Translations under genes and position numbers: made by a program
The notes under the pieces: generated by a model
Databases searched by the model: none
Seen by the model: only the letters and a program-made list of their open reading frames with translations
What the model was told of the DNA's origin: nothing
Assembly (NCBI RefSeq): GCF_009914755.1
Contig: NC_060925.1
Strand: one strand, 5' to 3'
Length of the DNA stretch: 64,000 nucleotides
From: the human T2T-CHM13v2.0 reference genome, Homo sapiens
Part shown: positions 26,901 to 41,615 of the stretch, piece after piece
Position numbering within the stretch: position 1 is the first letter of the stretch
Layout: each line of letters opens with the position of its first letter

Positions 26901-29900
26901 GAATTATCCTCAAATGGAATCGAATGGAATTATCGAATGCAATCGAATGGAATTATCGAATGCAATCGAATAGAATCATCGAATGGACTCGAATGGAATC
27001 ATCGAATGGAATGGAATGGAACAGTCAATGAACTCGAATGGAATCATCATTGAATGGAATCGAATGGAATCATCGAGTGGAATCGAATGGAATTATGATC
27101 AAATGGAATCGAATGTAATCATCATCAAATGGAATCAAAAATAACCATCATCAATTGGTATTGAATGGAATTGTCATCAAATGGAATTCAAAGGAATCAT
27201 CATCAAATGGAACCGAATGGAATCCTCATTGAATGGAAATGAAAGGGGTCATCATCTAATGGAATCACATGGAATCATCATCAAATGGAATCGAATGGAA
27301 TCATCATCAAATGGAATCAAATGGAATCATTGAACGGAATTGAATGGAATCTTCATCGAATGAATTGAATGCAATCATCGAATGGTCTCGAATTGAATCA
27401 TCTTCAAATGGAATGGAATGGAATCATCGCATAGAATCGAATGGAATTATCATCGAATGGAATCGAATGGTATCGACATCAAACGGAATCAAGCGGAATT
27501 ATCGAATGTAATCGAAGAGAATCATCGAACGGACCCGAATGGAATCATCCAATGGAATGTAATGGAATAATCCATGCACTCGAATGCAATCATCATCGAA
27601 TGGAATCGAATGGAATCATTGAATGGACTCGAATGGAGTAATCATTGAACGGAATCGAATGGAATCATCATCGGATGGAAACGAATGGAATCATCATCGA
27701 ATGGAAATGAAAGGAGTCATCATCTAATGGAATTGCATGGAATCATCATAAAATGGAATCGAATGGAATCAACATCAAATGGAATCAAATGGAATCATTG
27801 AACGGAATTGAATGAAATCATCATCGAATGAATTGAATGCAATCATCGAATGGTCTCGAATGGAATCATCTTCAAATGGAACGGAATGGAATCATCGCAT
27901 AGAATCGAATGGAATTATCATCGAATGGAATCGAATGGTATCAACATCAAACGGAAAAAAACGGAATTATCGAATGGAATCGAAGAGAATCATCGAATGG
28001 ACTCGAATGGAATCATCTAATGGAATGGAATGGAATAATCCACGGACTCGAATGCAACCACCATCGTATAGAATCGAATGGAAACATCGAATGGAATCAT
28101 CAAATGGACTCGAATGGAATAATCATTGAACGGAATCGAATGTAATCATCATCGGATGGAAACGAATGGAATCATCATCGAATGGAAATGAAAGGAGTCA
28201 TCTAATGGAATTACATGGAATCATCATCAAATGGAATCGAATGGAATCAACATCAAATGGAATCAAATGGAATCATTGAACGGAATTGAATGGAATCGTC
28301 ATCGAATGAATTGAATGCAATCATCGAATGGTCTCGAATGGAATCATCTTCAAATGGAATGGAATGGAATCATCGCATAGAATCGAATGGAATTATCATC
28401 GAATGGAATCGAATGGAATCAACATCAAACGGAAAAAAACGGAATTATCGAATGGAATCGAAGAGAATCATCGAAAGGACCCGAATGGAATCATCTAATG
28501 GAATGGAATGGAATAATCCATGGACTCGAATGCAATCATCATCGAATGGAATCGAATGGAATCATCGAATGGACTCGAATGGAATAATCATGGAACGGAA
28601 TCGAATGGAATCATCATCGGATGGAAATGTATGGAATGATCATCGAATGGAATCGAATAGAATTATGGAATGAAATCCAGTGTGATCATCATCGAATGGA
28701 CCCGAATGGAATCATCATCCAATGGAAACTAATGGAATCAGCATGGAATGAATCGAATGGAAACACCATCGAATTGAAACGAATGGAATTATCATGAAAG
28801 TGAAATGGATGGACTCATCATCGAATGGATTCGAATGGAATCATCGAATAAATTTGATTCAAATCATCATCAAATGGAATCGAATGGTATCATTGAATGG
28901 AATCGAATGGAATCATCATCAGATGGAAATGAATGGAATCGTCATAGAATGGAATCGAATGGATTCATTGAATGGAATCAGATGGAATCATCGAATGGAC
29001 TGGAAAGGAATCACTGAATGGACTCGAAAGGGATCATCATTGAATGAAATTCAATGGAATCATCGAATGGTCTCGATTGGAATCATTATCAAATGGAATC
29101 GAATCGAATCACCGAATAGAATCGAATGGAACAATCATCGAATGGACTCAAATGGAATTATCCTCAAATGGAGTCGAATGGAATTATAGAATGCAATCGA
29201 ATGGAATTATCGAATGCAATTGAATAGAATCATCGAATGGATTCGAATGGAATCATCGAATGGAATGGAATGGAACAGTCAATGAACTCCAATGGAATCA
29301 TCATTGAATGGAATCGAATGGAATCATCGAGTGGAATCGAATGGAATTATGATCAAATGGAATTGAATGTAATCATCATCAAATGGAATCAAAAATAACC
29401 ATCATCTATGGGTATTGAATGGAATTGTCATCAAATGGAATTCAAAGGAATCATCATCAAATGGAACCGAATGGAATCCTCATTGAATGGAAATGAAAGG
29501 GGTCATCATCTAATGGAATTGCATGGAATCATCATCAAATGGAATCGAATGGAATCATCATCAAATGGAATCCAATGGAATCACTGAACAGAATTGAATG
29601 GAATCGTCATCGAATGAATTGAATGCAATCATCGAATTGTCTCGAATGGAATCATCTTCTAATGGAAAGGAAAGGAATCATCGCATAGAATCTAATGGAA
29701 TTAACATTGAATTGACTCGAATGGAATCAACATCCAACGGAATCAAGCGGAATTATCGAATGGAATCTAAGAGAATCATCGAATGGACTCGAATGGAATC
29801 ATCTAATGGAATGGAATGGAATAATCCATGGACTCGAATGCAATCATCATCGAATGGAATCGAATGGAATCATCGAATGGACTCGAATGGAATAATCATT

Positions 29901-32900
29901 GAACGGAATCGAATGGAATCCTCATCGGATGGAAACGAATGGAATCATCATCGAATGGAAATGAAAGGTGTCATCATCTAATGGAATTGCATGGAATCAT
30001 CATAAAATGGAATCGAATGGAATCGACATCAAATGGAATCAAATGGAATCATTGAAAGAAATTGAATGGAATCGTCGTCGAATGAATTGAACGCAATCAT
30101 CGAATGGTCTCGAATGGAATCATCTTCAAATGGAATGGAATGGAATCATCGCATAGAATCGAATGGAATTATCATCGAATGGAATCGAAAGGTATCAACA
30201 ACAAACGGAAAAAAACGGAATTATCGAATGGAATCGAAGAGAATCATCGAACGGACCCGAATGGAATCATCTAATGGAATGGAATGGAATTATCCATGGA
30301 CTCGAATGCGATCATCATCGAATGGAATCGAATCGAATCATCGAATGGACTCGAATGGAATAATCATTGAACGGAATCGCATGGAGTCATCATCGGATGG
30401 AACTGAATGGAATCATCATCGAATGGAAATGAAAGGAGTCATCTAATGGAATTGCACGGTATCAACATAAAATGGAATCGAATGGAATCAACATCAAATG
30501 GAATGAAATGGAATCATTGAACGGAATTGAATGGAATCTTCATCGAATGAATTGAATGCAATCATCGAATGGTCTCGAATGGAATCATATTCAAATGGAA
30601 TGGAATGGAATCATCGCATAGAATCGAATGGAATTATCATCGAATGGAATCGAATGGAATCAACATCAAACGGAAAAAAACGGAATTATCGAATGGAATC
30701 GAAGAGAATCATAGAATGGTCCCGAATGGAATCGTCTAATGGAATGGAATGGAATAATCCATGGACTCGAATGCAATCATCATCGAATGGAATCGAATGG
30801 AATCATCGAATGGACTCGAATGGAATAATCATTGAACGGAATCGAATGGAATCATCATCGGATGGAAATGAATGGAATCATTATCGAATGGAATCGAATA
30901 GAATTATGGAATGAAATCCAGTGTCATCATCTTCGAATGGACCCGAATGGAATCATCATCCAACGGAAGCTAATGGAATCAACATCGAATGAATCGAATG
31001 GAAACACCATCGAATTGAAACGAGTGGAATTATCATGAAATTGAAATGGATGGACTCATCATCGAATGGATTCGAATGGAATCATCGAATAAAATTGATT
31101 GAAATCATCATCAAATGGAATCGAATGGTAGCATTGAATGGAATCGAATGGAATCATCATCAGATGGAAATGAATGGAATCGTCATAGAATGGAATCGAA
31201 TGGATTCATTGAATGGAATCAGATGGAATCTTCGAATGGACTGGAATGGAATCATTGAATGGACTCGAAAGGGATCATCATTGAATGGAATTGAATGGAA
31301 TCATCGAATGGTCTCGATTGGAATCATTATCAAATGGAATCGAATGGAATCACCGAATAGAATCGAATGGAACCATCATCGAATGGAGTCAAATGAAATT
31401 ATCCTCAAGTGGAATGGAATGGAATTATCGAATGCAATCGAATGGAATTATCGAATGCAATCGAATAGAATCATCGAATGGACTCGAATGGAATCATCGA
31501 ATGGAATGGAATGGAACAGTCAATGAACTCGAATGGAATCATCATTGAATGGAATCGAATGGAATCATCGAGTGGAATCGAATGAAATTATGATCAAATG
31601 GAATCGAATGTAATCATCATCAAATGGAATCAAAAATAACCATCATCAATTGATATTCAATGGAATTGTCATCAAATGGAATTCAAAGGTATCATCATCA
31701 AATGGAACCGAATGGAATCCTCATTGAATGGAAATGAAAGGGGTCATCATCTAATGGAATCGCATGGAATCATCATCAAATGGAATCGAATGGAATCATC
31801 ATCAAATGGAATCTAATGGAATCATTGAACAGAATTGAATGGAATCGTCATCGAATGAATTGAATGCAATCATCGAATGGTCTCGAATGGAATCATCTTC
31901 TAATGGAAAGGAATGGAATCATCGCATAGAATCGAATGGAATTAACATTGAATGGACTCGAATGGAATCAACATCAAACGGAATCAAGCGGAATTATCGA
32001 ATGGAATCGAAGAGAATCATCGAATGGACTCGAATGGAATCATCTAATGGAATGGAATGGAATAATCCACGGACTCGAATGCAATCATCATCGTATAGAA
32101 TCGAATGGAATCATCGAATGGACTCGAATGGAATAATCATTGAACGGAATCGAATGGAATCATCATCGGATGGAAACGAATGGAATCATCATCGAATGGA
32201 AATGAAAGGAGTCATCATCTAATGGAATTGCATGGAATCATCATAAAATGGAATCGAATGGAATCAACATCAAATGGAATCAAATGGAATCATTGAATGG
32301 AATTGAATGGAATCGTCATCGAATGAATTGAATGCAATCATCGAATGGTCTCGAATGGAATCATCTTCAAATGGAATGGAATGGAATCATCGCATAGAAT
32401 CGAATGGAATTATCATCGAATGGAATCGAATGGAATCAACATCAAACGGAAAAAAACGGAATTATCGAATGGAATCGAAGAGAATCATCGAACGGACCCA
32501 TATGGAATCATCTAATGGAATGGAATGGAATAATCCATGGACTCGAATGCAATCATCATCGAATGGAATCGAATGGAATCATCGAATGGACTCGAATGGA
32601 ATAATCATTGAACGGAATCGAATGGAGTCATCATCGGATGGAAACGAATGGAATCATCATCGAATGGAAATGAATGGATTCATCATCTAATGGAATTGCA
32701 TGGAATCATCATAAAATGGAATCGAATGGAATCAACATCAAATGGAATCAAATGGAATCATTGAACGGAATTGAATGGAATCGTCAACGAATGAATTGAA
32801 TGCAATCATCGAATGGTCTCGAATGGAATCATCTTCAAATGGAATGGAATGGAATCATCGCATAGAATCGAACGGAATTATCATCGAATGGAATCGAATG

Positions 32901-35900
32901 GAATCAACATCAAACGGAAAAATCGGAATTATCGTATGGAATCGAAGAGAATCATCGAATGGACCCGAATGGAATCATCTAATGGAGTGGAATGGAATAA
33001 TCCATGGACTCGAATCCAATCATCATCGAATGGAATCGAATTGAATCATCGAATGGACTCGAATGGAATAATCATCGAACGGAATCGAATGGAGTCATCA
33101 TCGGATGGAAATGAATGGAATCATCATCGAATGGAATCGAATAGAATTATGGAATGAAATCCAGTGTGATCATCATCGAATGGACCCTAATGGAATCATC
33201 ATCCAATGGAAGCTAATGGAATCGACATCGAATGAATCGAATGGAAACACCATCGAATTGAAACGAATGGAATTATCATGAAATTGAAATGGATGGACTC
33301 ATCATCGAATGGATTCGAATGGAATCATCGAATAAAATTGATTGAAATCATCAACAAATGGAATCGAATGGTATCATTGAATGGAATCGAATGGAATCAT
33401 CATCAGATGGAAATGAATGGAATCGTCATAGAATGGAATCGAATGGATTCATTGAATGGAATCAGATGGAATCATCGAATGGACTGGAATGGAATCATTG
33501 AATGGACTCGAAAGGATTAATTATTGAATGGAATTGAATGGAATCATCGAATGGTCTCGATTGGAATCATTATCAAATGGAATCGAATGGAATCACAGAA
33601 TAGAATCGAATGGAACAATCATCGAATGGACTCAAATGGAATTATCCTCAAATGGAATCGAATGGAAATATCGAATGCAATCGAATGGAATTATCGAATG
33701 CAATCGAATAGAATCATCGAATGGACTCGAATGGAATCATCGAATGGAATGGAATGGAACAGTCAATGAACTCGAATGGAATCATCATTGAATGGAATCG
33801 AATGGAATCATCGAGTGGAATCGAATGGAATTATGATCAAATGGAATCGAATGTAATCATCATCAAATGGAATCAAAAATAACCATCATCAATTGGTATT
33901 GAATGGAATTGTCATCAAATGGAATTCAAAGGAATCATCATCAAATGGAACCGAATGGAATCCTCATTGAATGGAAATGAAAGGGGTCATCATCTAATGG
34001 AATCGCATGGAATCATCATCAAATGGAATCGAATGGAATCATCATCAAATGGAATCTAATGGAATCATTGAACAGAATTGAATGGAATCGTCATCGAATG
34101 AATTGAATGCAATCATCGAATGGTCTCGAATGGAATCATCTTCTAATGGAAAGGAATGGAATCACCGCATAGAATCGAATGGAATTAACATTGAATGGAC
34201 TCGAATGGAATCCACATCAAACGGAATCAAGCGGAATTATCGAATGGAATTGAAGAGAATCATCGAATGGACTCGAATGGAATCATCTAATGGAATGGAA
34301 TGGAATAATCCACGGACTCGAATGCAATCATCATCGTATAGAATCGAATGGAATCATTGAATGGACTCGAATGGAATAATCATTGAACGGAATCAAATGG
34401 AATCATCATCGGATGGAAACGAATGGAATCATCATCGAATGGAAAAGAAAAGAGTCATCATCTAATGGAATTGCATGGAATCATCATAAAATTGAATCGA
34501 ATGGAATCAACATCAAATGGAATCAAATGGAATCATTGAACGGAATTAAATGGAATCGTCATCGAATGAATTGAATGCAATCATCGAATGGTCTCGAATG
34601 GAATCATCTTCTAATGGAAAGTAATGGAATCATCGCATAGAATCGAATGGAATTAAAATTGAATGGACTCGAATGGAATCAACATCAAACGGAAAAAAAC
34701 GGAAATATCGAATGGAATCGAAGAGAATCATCGAATGGACCCGAATGGAATCATCTAATGGAATGGAATGGAATAATCCATGGACTCGAATGCAATCATC
34801 ATCGAATGGAATCGAATGGAATCATCGAATGGACTCGAATGGAATAATCATTGAACGGAATCGAATGGAATCATCATGGGATGGAAACGAATGGAATCAT
34901 CATCGAATGGAAATGAAAGGAGTCATGTAATGGAATTACATGGAAACATCATAAAATGGAATCGAATGGAATCAACATCAAATGGAATCCAATGGAATCA
35001 TTGAACGGAATTGAATGAATCGTCATCGAATGAATTGAATGCAATCATCGAATGGGCTCGAATGGAATCATGTTCAAATGGAATGGAATGGAATCATCGC
35101 ATAGAATCGAATGTAATTATCATCGAATGGAATCGAATGAAATCAACAACAAACGGAAAAAAAAGGATTTATCGAATGGAATCAAAGAGAATCATCGAAT
35201 GGACCCGAATGGAATCATCTAATGGAATGGAATGGAATAATCCATGGACTCGAATGCAATCATCATCGAATGGAATCGAATGGAATCATCGAATGGACTC
35301 GAATGGAATAATCATTGAACGGAATCGAATGGAATCATCATCGGATGGAAATGAATGGAATCATCATCGAATGGAATCGAATAGAATTATGGAATGAAAT
35401 CCAGTGTGTTCATCATCGAATGCACCCGAATGGAATCATCATCCAACGGAATCTAATGGAAACAACATCGAATGAATCGAATGGAAACACCATCGAATTG
35501 AAACGAGTGGAATTATCATGAAATTGAAATGGATGGACTCATCATCGAATGGATTCGAATGGAATCATCGAATAAAATTGATTGAAATCATCATCAAATG
35601 GAATCGAATGGTATCATTGAATGGAATCGAATGGAATCATCATCAGATGGAAATGAATGGAATCGTCATAGAATGGAATCGAATGGATTCATTGAATGGA
35701 ATCAGATGGAATCATCGAATGGACTGGAATGGAATCATTGAATGGACTCGAGAGAGATCATTATTGAATGGAATTGAATGGAATCATGGAATGGTCTCGA
35801 TTGGAATCATTATCAAATGGAATCGAATGGAATCACCGAATAGAATCGAATGGAACAATCATCGAATGGACTCCAATGGAATTATCCTCAAATGGAATCG

Positions 35901-38900
35901 CATGGAATTATCGAATGAAATCGAATGGAATTATCGAATGCAATCGAATAGAATCATCGAATGGACTCGAATGGAATCATCGAATGGAATGGAATGGAAC
36001 AGTCAATGAACTCGAATGGAATCATCATTGAATGGAATCGAATGGAATCATCGAGTGGAATCGAATGGAATTATGATCAAATGGAATCGAATGTAATCAT
36101 CATCAAATGGAATCAAAGATAACCATCATCAATTGGTATTGAATGGAATTGTCATCAAATGGAATTCAAAGGAATCAACACCAAATAGAACCGAAAGGAA
36201 TCCTCATTGAATGGAAATGAAAGGGGTCATCATCTAATGGAATCGCATGGAATCATCATCAAATGGAATCGAATGGAATCATCATCAGATGGAATCTAAT
36301 GGAATCATTGAACAGAATTGAATGGAATCGTCATCGAATGAATTGAATGCAATCATCGAATGGTCTCGAATGGAATCATCTTCTAATGGAAAGGAATGGA
36401 ATCATCGCATAGAATCGAATGGAATTAACATTGAATGGACTCGAATGGAATCAACATCAAACGGAATCAAGCGGAATTATCGAATGGAATCGAAGAGAAT
36501 CATCGAATGGACTCGAATGGAATCATCTAATGGAATGGAATGGAATAATCCACGGACTCGAATGCAACCACCATCGTATAGAATCGAATGGAAACATCGA
36601 ATGGAATCATCGAATGGACTCGAATGGAATAATCATTGAACGGAATCGAATGGAATCATCATCGGATGGAAACGAATGGAATCATCATCGAATGGAAATG
36701 AAAGGAGTCATCTAATGGAATTGCATGGAATCATCATCAAATGGAATCGAATGGAATCAACATCAAATGGAATCAAATGGAATCATTGAACGGAATTGAA
36801 TGGAATCGTCATCGAATGAATTGAATGCAATCATCGAATGGTCTCGAATGGAATCATCTTCAAATGGAATGGAATGGAATCATCGCATAGAATCGAATGG
36901 AATTATCATCGAATGGAATCGAATGGAATCAACATCAAACGGAAAAAAACGGAATTATCGAATGGAATCGAAGAGAATCATCGAATGGACCCGAATGGAA
37001 TCATCTAATGGAATGGAATGGAATAATCCATGGACTCGAATGCAATCATCATCGAATGGAATCGAATGGAATCATCGAATGGACTCGAATGGAATAATCA
37101 TTGAACGGAATCGAATGGAATCATCATCGGATGGAAATGAATGGAATCATCATCGAATGGAATCGAATAGAATTATGGAATGAAATCCAGTGTGATCATC
37201 ATCGAATGGACCCGAATGGAATCATCATCCAACGGAAGCTAATGGAATCAACATCGAATTAATCGAATGGAAACACCATCGAATTGAAACGAATGGAATT
37301 ATCATGAAATTGAAATGGATGGACTCATCATCGAATGGATTCGAATGGAATCATCGAATAAAATTGATTGAAATCATCATCAAATTGAATCGAATGGTAT
37401 CATTGAATGGAATCGAATGGAATCATCATCAGATGGAAAAGAATGGAATCGTCATAGAATGGAATCGAATGGATTCATTGAATGGAATCAGATGGAATCA
37501 TCGAATGGACTGGAATGGAATCATTGAATGGACTCGAAAGGGATCATGATTGAATGGAATTGAATGGAATCATCGAATGTTCTCGATTGGAATCATTATC
37601 AAATGGAATCGAATGGAATCACCGAATAGAATCGAATGGAACAATCATCGAATGGACTCAAATGGAATTATCCTCAAATGGAATCGAATGGAATTATCGA
37701 ATGCAATCGAATGGAATTATCGAATGCAATCGAATAGAATCATCGAATGGACTCGAATGGAATCATCGAATGGAATGGAATGGAACAGTCAATGAACTCG
37801 AATGGAATCATCATTGAATGGAATCGAATGGAATCATCGAGTGGAATCGAATGGAATTATGATCAAATGGAATCGAATGTAATCATCATCAAATGGAATC
37901 AAAAATAACCATCATCAATTGGTATTGAATGGAATTGTCATCAAATGGAATTCAAAGGAATCATCATCAAATGGAACCGAATGGAATCCTCATTGAATGG
38001 AAATGAAAGGGGTCATCATCTAATGGAATCACATGGAATCATCATCAAATGGAATCGAATGGAATCATCATCAAATGGAATCTAATGGAATCATTGAACA
38101 GAATTGAATGGAATCGTCATCGAATGAATTGAATACAATCATCGAATGGTCTCGAATGCAATCATCTTCTAATGGAAAGGAATGGAATCATCGCATAGAA
38201 TCGAATGGAATTAACATTGAATGGACTCGAATGGAATCAACATCAAACGGAATCAAGCGGAATTATCGAATGTAATCGAAGAGAACCATCGAATGGACTC
38301 GAATGGAATCATCTAATGGAATGGAATGGAATAATCCACGGACTCGAATGCAATCATCATCGTATAGAATCGAATGGAATCATTGAATGGACTCGAATGG
38401 AATCATCATTGAACAGAATCGAATGGAATCATCATCGGATGGAAACGAATGGAATTATCATCGAATGGAAATGAAAGGAGTCATCATCTAATGGAATCGC
38501 ATGGAATCATCATCAAATGGAATCGAATGGAATCAACATCAAATGGAATCAAATGGAATCATTGAACGGAATTGAATGGAATCGTCATCGAATGAATTGA
38601 ATGCAATCATCGAATGGTCTCGAATGGAATCATCTTCAAATGGAATGGAATGGAATCATCGCATAGAATCGAATGGAATTATCATCGAATGGAATCGAAA
38701 GGTATCAACATCAAACGGAAAAAAACGGAATTATCGAATGGAATCGAAGAGAATCATCGAACGGACTCGAATGGAATCATCTAATGGAAAGGAAAGGAAT
38801 AATCCATGGACTCGAATCCAATCATCATCGAATGGAATCGAATGGAATCATTGAAAGGACTCTAATGGAATAATCATTGAAGGGAATCGAATGGAATCAT

Positions 38901-41615
38901 CATCGAATGGAAACTAATGGAATCATAATCGAATGGAAATGAAAGGAGTCATCATCTAATGGAATTGCATGGAATCATCATAAAATGGAATCGAATGGAA
39001 TCAACATCAAATGGAATGAAATGGAATCATTGAACGGAATTGAATGGAATCTTCATTGAATGAAGTGAATGCAATCATCGAATGGTCTCGAATGGAATCA
39101 TCTTCAAATGGAATGGAATGGAATCATCGCATAGAATCGAATGGAATTATCATCAAATGGTATCAACATCAAACGGAAAAAAACGGAATTATCGAATGGA
39201 ATCGAAGAGAATCATCGAACGGACCCGAATGGAATCATCTAATGGAATGGAATGGAATAATCCATGGACTCGAATGCAATCATCATCGAATGGAATCGAG
39301 TGGAATCACCGAATGGACTCGAATGGAATAATCATTGAACGGAATCGAATGGAATCATCATCGGATGGAAATGAATGGAATCATCATCGAATGGAATCGA
39401 ATAGAATTATGGAATGAAATCCAGTGTGATCATCATCGAATGGACCCGAATGGAATCATCATCCAACGGAAGCTAATGGAATCAACATCGAATGAATCGA
39501 ATGGAAACACCATCGAATTGAAACGAATGGAATTATCATGAAATTGAAATGGATGGACTCATCATCGATTGCATTCGAATTGAATCATCGAATAAAATTG
39601 ATTGAAATCATCATCAAATGGAATCGAATGGTATCATTGAATGGAATCGAATGGAATCATCATCAGATGGAAATGAATGGAATCGTCATAGAATGGAATC
39701 GAATGGATTCATTGAATGGAATCAGATGGAATCATCGAATGGACTGGAATGGAATCATTGAATGGACTCGAAAGGGATCATTATTGAATGGAATTCAATG
39801 GAATCATCGAATGGTCTCGATTGGAATCATTACCAAATGGAATCGAATGGAATCACCGAAAAGAATCGAATGGAACAATCATCGAATGGAGTCAAATGGA
39901 ATTAACCTAAAATGGAATCGAATGGAATTATCGAATGCACTCGAATGGAATTATCAAATGCATTCGAATAGAATCATCGAATGGACTCGAATGGAATCAT
40001 CGAATGGAATGGAATGGAACAGTCAGTGAACTCGAATGGTATCATCATTGAATGGAATCGAATGGAATTATGATCAAATGGAATCGAATGTAATCATCAA
40101 CAAATGGAATCAAAAATAACCATCATCAATTGGTATTGAATGGAATTGTCATCAAATGGAATTCAAAGGAATCATCATCAAATGGAACCGAATGCAATCC
40201 TCATTGAATGGAAATGAAAGGGGTCATCATCTAATGGAATCGCATGGAATCATCATCCAATGGAATCGAATGGAATCATCATCAAATGGAATCTAATGGA
40301 ATCATTGAACAGAATTGAATGGAATCGTCATCGAATGAATTGAATGCAATCATCGTATGGTCTCGAATGGAATCATCTTCTAATGGAAAGGAATGGAATC
40401 ATCGCATAGAATCGAATGGAATTAACATTGAATGGACTCGAATGGATTCATTGAATGGAATCAGATGGAATCATCGAATGGACTGGAATGGAATCATTGA
40501 ATGGACTCGAAAGGGATCATGATTGAATGGAATTGAATGGAATCATCGAATGGTCTCGATTGGAATCATTATCAAATGGAATCGAATGGAATCACCGAAT
40601 AGAATCGAATGGAACAATCATCGCATGGACTCAAATGGAATTATCCTCAAAGGAATCGAATGGAATTATGGAATGCAATCGAATGGAATTATCGAATGCA
40701 ATCGAATAGAATCATCGAATGGACTCGAATGGAATCATCGAATGGAGTGGAATGGAACAGTCAGTGAACTCGAATGGAATCATCATTGAATGGACTCGAA
40801 TGGAATCATCGAGTGGAATCGAATGAAATTATGATCAAATGGAATCGAATGTTATCATCATCAAATGGAATCAAAAGTAACCATCATCAATTGCTATTGA
40901 ATGGAATTGTCATCAAATGGAATTCAAAGGAATCATCATCAAATGGAACCGAATGGAATCCTCATTGAATGGAAATGAAAGGGGTCATCATCTAATGGAA
41001 TCGCATGGAATCATCATCAAATGGAATCGAATGGAATCATCATCAAATGGAATCTAATGGAATCATGGAACAGAATTGAATGGAATCGTCATGGAATGAT
41101 TTGAATGCAATCATCGAATGGTCTCGAATGGAATCATCTTCTAATGGAAAGGAATGGAATCATCGCATAGAATGGAATGGAATTAACATTGAATGGACTC
41201 GAATGCAATCAACATCAAACGGAATCAAGCGGAATTATCGAATGGAATCGAAGAGAACCATCGAATGGACTCGAATGGAATCATCTCATGGAATGGAATG
41301 GAATAATCCACGGACTCGAATGCAATCATCATCGTATAGAATCGAATGGAATCATCGAATGGACTCGAATGGAATAATCATTGAACGGAAACGAATGGAA
41401 TCATCATCGGATGGAAACGAATGGAATCATCATCGAATGGAAATGAAAGGGGTCATCATCTAATGGAATTGCATGGAATCATCATCAAATGGAATCGAAT
41501 GGAATCAACATCAAATGGAATCAAATGGAATCATTGAATGGAATTGAATGGAATCGTCATCGAATGAATTGAATGGAATCATCGAATGGTCTCGAATGGA
41601 ATCATCTTCAAATGG
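10900..41615 (+). repeat. 30,715-bp macro-repeat, copy 1 (15 landmark-delimited units)
   Basis: Private variants from 10942 onward recur 30,715 bp downstream, e.g. ORF pairs 11337/42052, 12141/42856, 16263/46978 and 20240/50955. Unit lengths from 11933 are 3151, 2242, 1776, 2238, 2244, 1776, 1776, 2254, 2241, 2243, 2240, 1786, 2211, 761 and 1776, which sum to 30715. The left edge is only resolved to between 10862 and 10942. Confidence 0.92.
13500..20250 (+). repeat. Older ~4.02-kb tandem duplication nested in the macro-repeat (repeated again at ~44200-50950)
   Basis: Variant-sharing pairs lie at offset 4018/4015: 13984/18002 (ggcatcgaaagg, acaacaaa), 14488/18506 (catgatc, atcagtg), 15292/19307 (gaattgtctc, catataga) and 15760/19775 (attaaaattg, cccgaatgtaa). 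Boundaries are approximate. Confidence 0.8.
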
